A stretch of DNA of 57,709 nucleotides, taken from IMG/VR virus record IMGVR_UViG_3300030107_000393, positions 1 through 57,709 of that record. One strand, written 5' to 3'. The DNA is from a virus (Duplodnaviria > Caudoviricetes). A program made the position numbers and the translations under genes. Positions within the stretch are counted from its first letter, which is position 1, and the number at the start of each line of letters is the position of its first letter. The notes beneath the pieces are model-generated. The model was not told where the DNA came from. It searched no databases and saw only the letters and a list, made by a program, of their open reading frames with translations. Positions 56,090 to 57,709 of this stretch are shown in pieces.

Positions 56090-57709
56090 TTAGTTAGACG
56101 GCAACCCCCAACCTGTCCATTTGGATTTTAGCTTTGATGCTGTGTCCATAAGTGACTTTCCTAATGTTTCACGTGAAACATCGTTGAGCGATGTCATGCT
56201 TCCTTGCAGTTCCCATGCTTCAGAACCTACATGAGTTCTGGATAATGTGTCGAGTGCTATTGTCATGGCGTCTACTTGGTCGTCATGGTTGGAAGATGGG
56301 AACTGAACTGTCTCGTCTATGAATGAGTCTAGCCAATCTGCTGTCTGTGGAAGGTATACTCTTCCTCCCTCTATAAGAGGAAGGATAGCATTCACTCTTG
56401 CTACTTTGTCGTGTACGACTTTGTACGGAATGATTGATATGCCACTCTCTCGTTTGAGTTCCTGTATGATTGACTGACCAGATGCTTTGTCTTCTATGTA
56501 TATGCCACGTAATCCTTTGCCTCTCCACTTATTGTTGAGGCGTATGAGGCGTTGCTTGAGTTCTGGGAAATCATATTTGCCACGGACTATTTCTATTATG
56601 TACATGTCTCCGTTTCTGTCCATGCCTGCCACTACTGCTGCTGAATAGTCTGCTGTCTCTGTCTTTTTGAAAGCTGTGTCTACGCCAATGACTAGAGTTG
56701 TAAAGTTTTCTGGGGTTAGACCTTCTGGAAACTTTTGCCACCACTCTGTTTTAATTAAGTTACCACCTTCTACGTATGGCATCTGTTGGTATAGGCTTGC
56801 AAACTCACGTGGGTTGAGGCGTTCACGTCTTTTGAGTTCGTCTAACGGAAATCTTTCTCCCCACAATGGTTCTTGTTTTGTTGTTGATATGTTTCTTTTT
56901 GCAGGAGATACTTTAGAATACTGTTCTGAAGTTAGATAGTTAGGGTCGTCTTCTGGTAGCATTCTTCTGCTCATTTTACCTGATGTTACTTCTTTTATTG
57001 CAGGAAAATTAACGTGTTCCCATCTACCTTCTTGCCAATCTTCGGTCTGCATGAGGCGACCTGCAAGGTCGTCCACATGCCAACGTGTTAAAATTACTAT
57101 CTGGCGTGGAGGAGTCCCATCACTTTCTGGTTGAAGACGTGTAGCCAGTGCTGATGTGTAGTAGTTCCACGTTTTGTTGCGTTGGGTCATGGATTCTGCT
57201 TCTTCACGAGATTTTATTGGGTCATCGACTATTAATAAGTTGGCAGGACGTCCAGATGTTGTACCACCTATACCTACAGCGAAGTATGCGCCACCACTTT
57301 CTGTACGCCATACGTCTGCGGCACGGCTATCCTTTGATAAGTGGAAGTCTTTGAAAGCTTGTTGCATATTTTTCTGCTCTACCACCCCACGTATCTGTCT
57401 ACCAAAGTCTGTGGACAGTTGTGTGTTGTATGAACAGGACATTGTAAACCTGTTTGGTTTCTTAGCCATGTAATATGAGGGAAATAGGACTGTGCCAAAG
57501 GTAGATTTGGCGTGACGTGGTGGCATAGTTATTAATAAATTGTTCTTGCCAAGAATCCCCTTCTCTAATTTATCTAATGTGTTGATTAATTCTATCTGAA
57601 AGTCTGCAAGCTCCCAATCTGGGTACTGTAAACGTACAAAGCCAAGGAAAGATTCCTGTGAGTCTTTTAATTTGAGTAGATACTTGGCGACTTCTGCCTG
57701 AGATAGTTT
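56090..57709 (-). CDS. terL: Terminase large subunit, 3' part (541 aa in total with 1-106)
   Basis: MPPRHAKS Walker A, LIVDDPIK Walker B, TRWH, GVDTA..DYSA, HDDQVDA nuclease motifs. Confidence 0.95.
   Translation of the reverse strand, partial: KLSQAEVAKYLLKLKDSQESFLGFVRLQYPDWELADFQIELINTLDKLEKGILGKNNLLITMPPRHAKSTFGTVLFPSYYMAKKPNRFTMSCSYNTQLSTDFGRQIRGVVEQKNMQQAFKDFHLSKDSRAADVWRTESGGAYFAVGIGGTTSGRPANLLIVDDPIKSREEAESMTQRNKTWNYYTSALATRLQPESDGTPPRQIVILTRWHVDDLAGRLMQTEDWQEGRWEHVNFPAIKEVTSGKMSRRMLPEDDPNYLTSEQYSKVSPAKRNISTTKQEPLWGERFPLDELKRRERLNPREFASLYQQMPYVEGGNLIKTEWWQKFPEGLTPENFTTLVIGVDTAFKKTETADYSAAVVAGMDRNGDMYIIEIVRGKYDFPELKQRLIRLNNKWRGKGLRGIYIEDKASGQSIIQELKRESGISIIPYKVVHDKVARVNAILPLIEGGRVYLPQTADWLDSFIDETVQFPSSNHDDQVDAMTIALDTLSRTHVGSEAWELQGSMTSLNDVSRETLGKSLMDTASKLKSKWTGWGLPSN
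57610..57709. repeat. Terminal direct repeat (circular assembly overlap), right copy
   Basis: Matches 1-100 with one mismatch. Confidence 0.97.

Noticed and set aside
56090-57709. Intein or intron in terL
   Set aside because: The extra segment near EDDPNY is short, with no splicing or homing-endonuclease motifs; the frame is continuous.
1-57709. Stop-codon reassignment
   Set aside because: The standard code gives dense, full-length genes, and TAA, TAG and TGA all end genes.

Overview
The window is an apparently complete circular dsDNA tailed-phage genome of about 57.6 kb. Positions 1-100 repeat 57610-57709 with one synonymous mismatch, and the terminase large subunit reads across the join. 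Gene content fits a temperate, podovirus-like, probably marine phage. A rightward early arm (1.1-11.3 kb) carries small ORFs, a DenV-like glycosylase, a CobS-like AAA+/vWA pair, an AcrVA2/FinQ-like protein and a tyrosine integrase. A replication/recombination block (12-19.3 kb) has a Holliday junction resolvase, Prim-Pol/SF4 helicase, Cro-like HTH, AAA_24, SSB, PD-(D/E)xK nuclease and a DNA methyltransferase; I recognised no DNA or RNA polymerase gene. A long leftward late arm carries terminase, portal, a tail-fibre cassette, scaffold, SU10-type capsid, tail and ejection proteins, a 3181-aa polyvalent protein and lysis genes. From memory this layout resembles CRP-810-type roseophages (unverified). 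The most notable signals are: (i) a covarying cUACGg RNA hairpin in the leaders of both the scaffold and capsid genes; (ii) a perfect 14-bp hairpin hiding the RBS of a membrane-protein gene that appears to start at ATC, with a candidate promoter inside the hairpin arm; (iii) a giant virion protein with zincin and ADP-ribosyltransferase-like domains; (iv) near-total avoidance of GATC, GGATG and CCGG; (v) several structured intergenic elements. All family calls are by eye from motifs; no searches were run.
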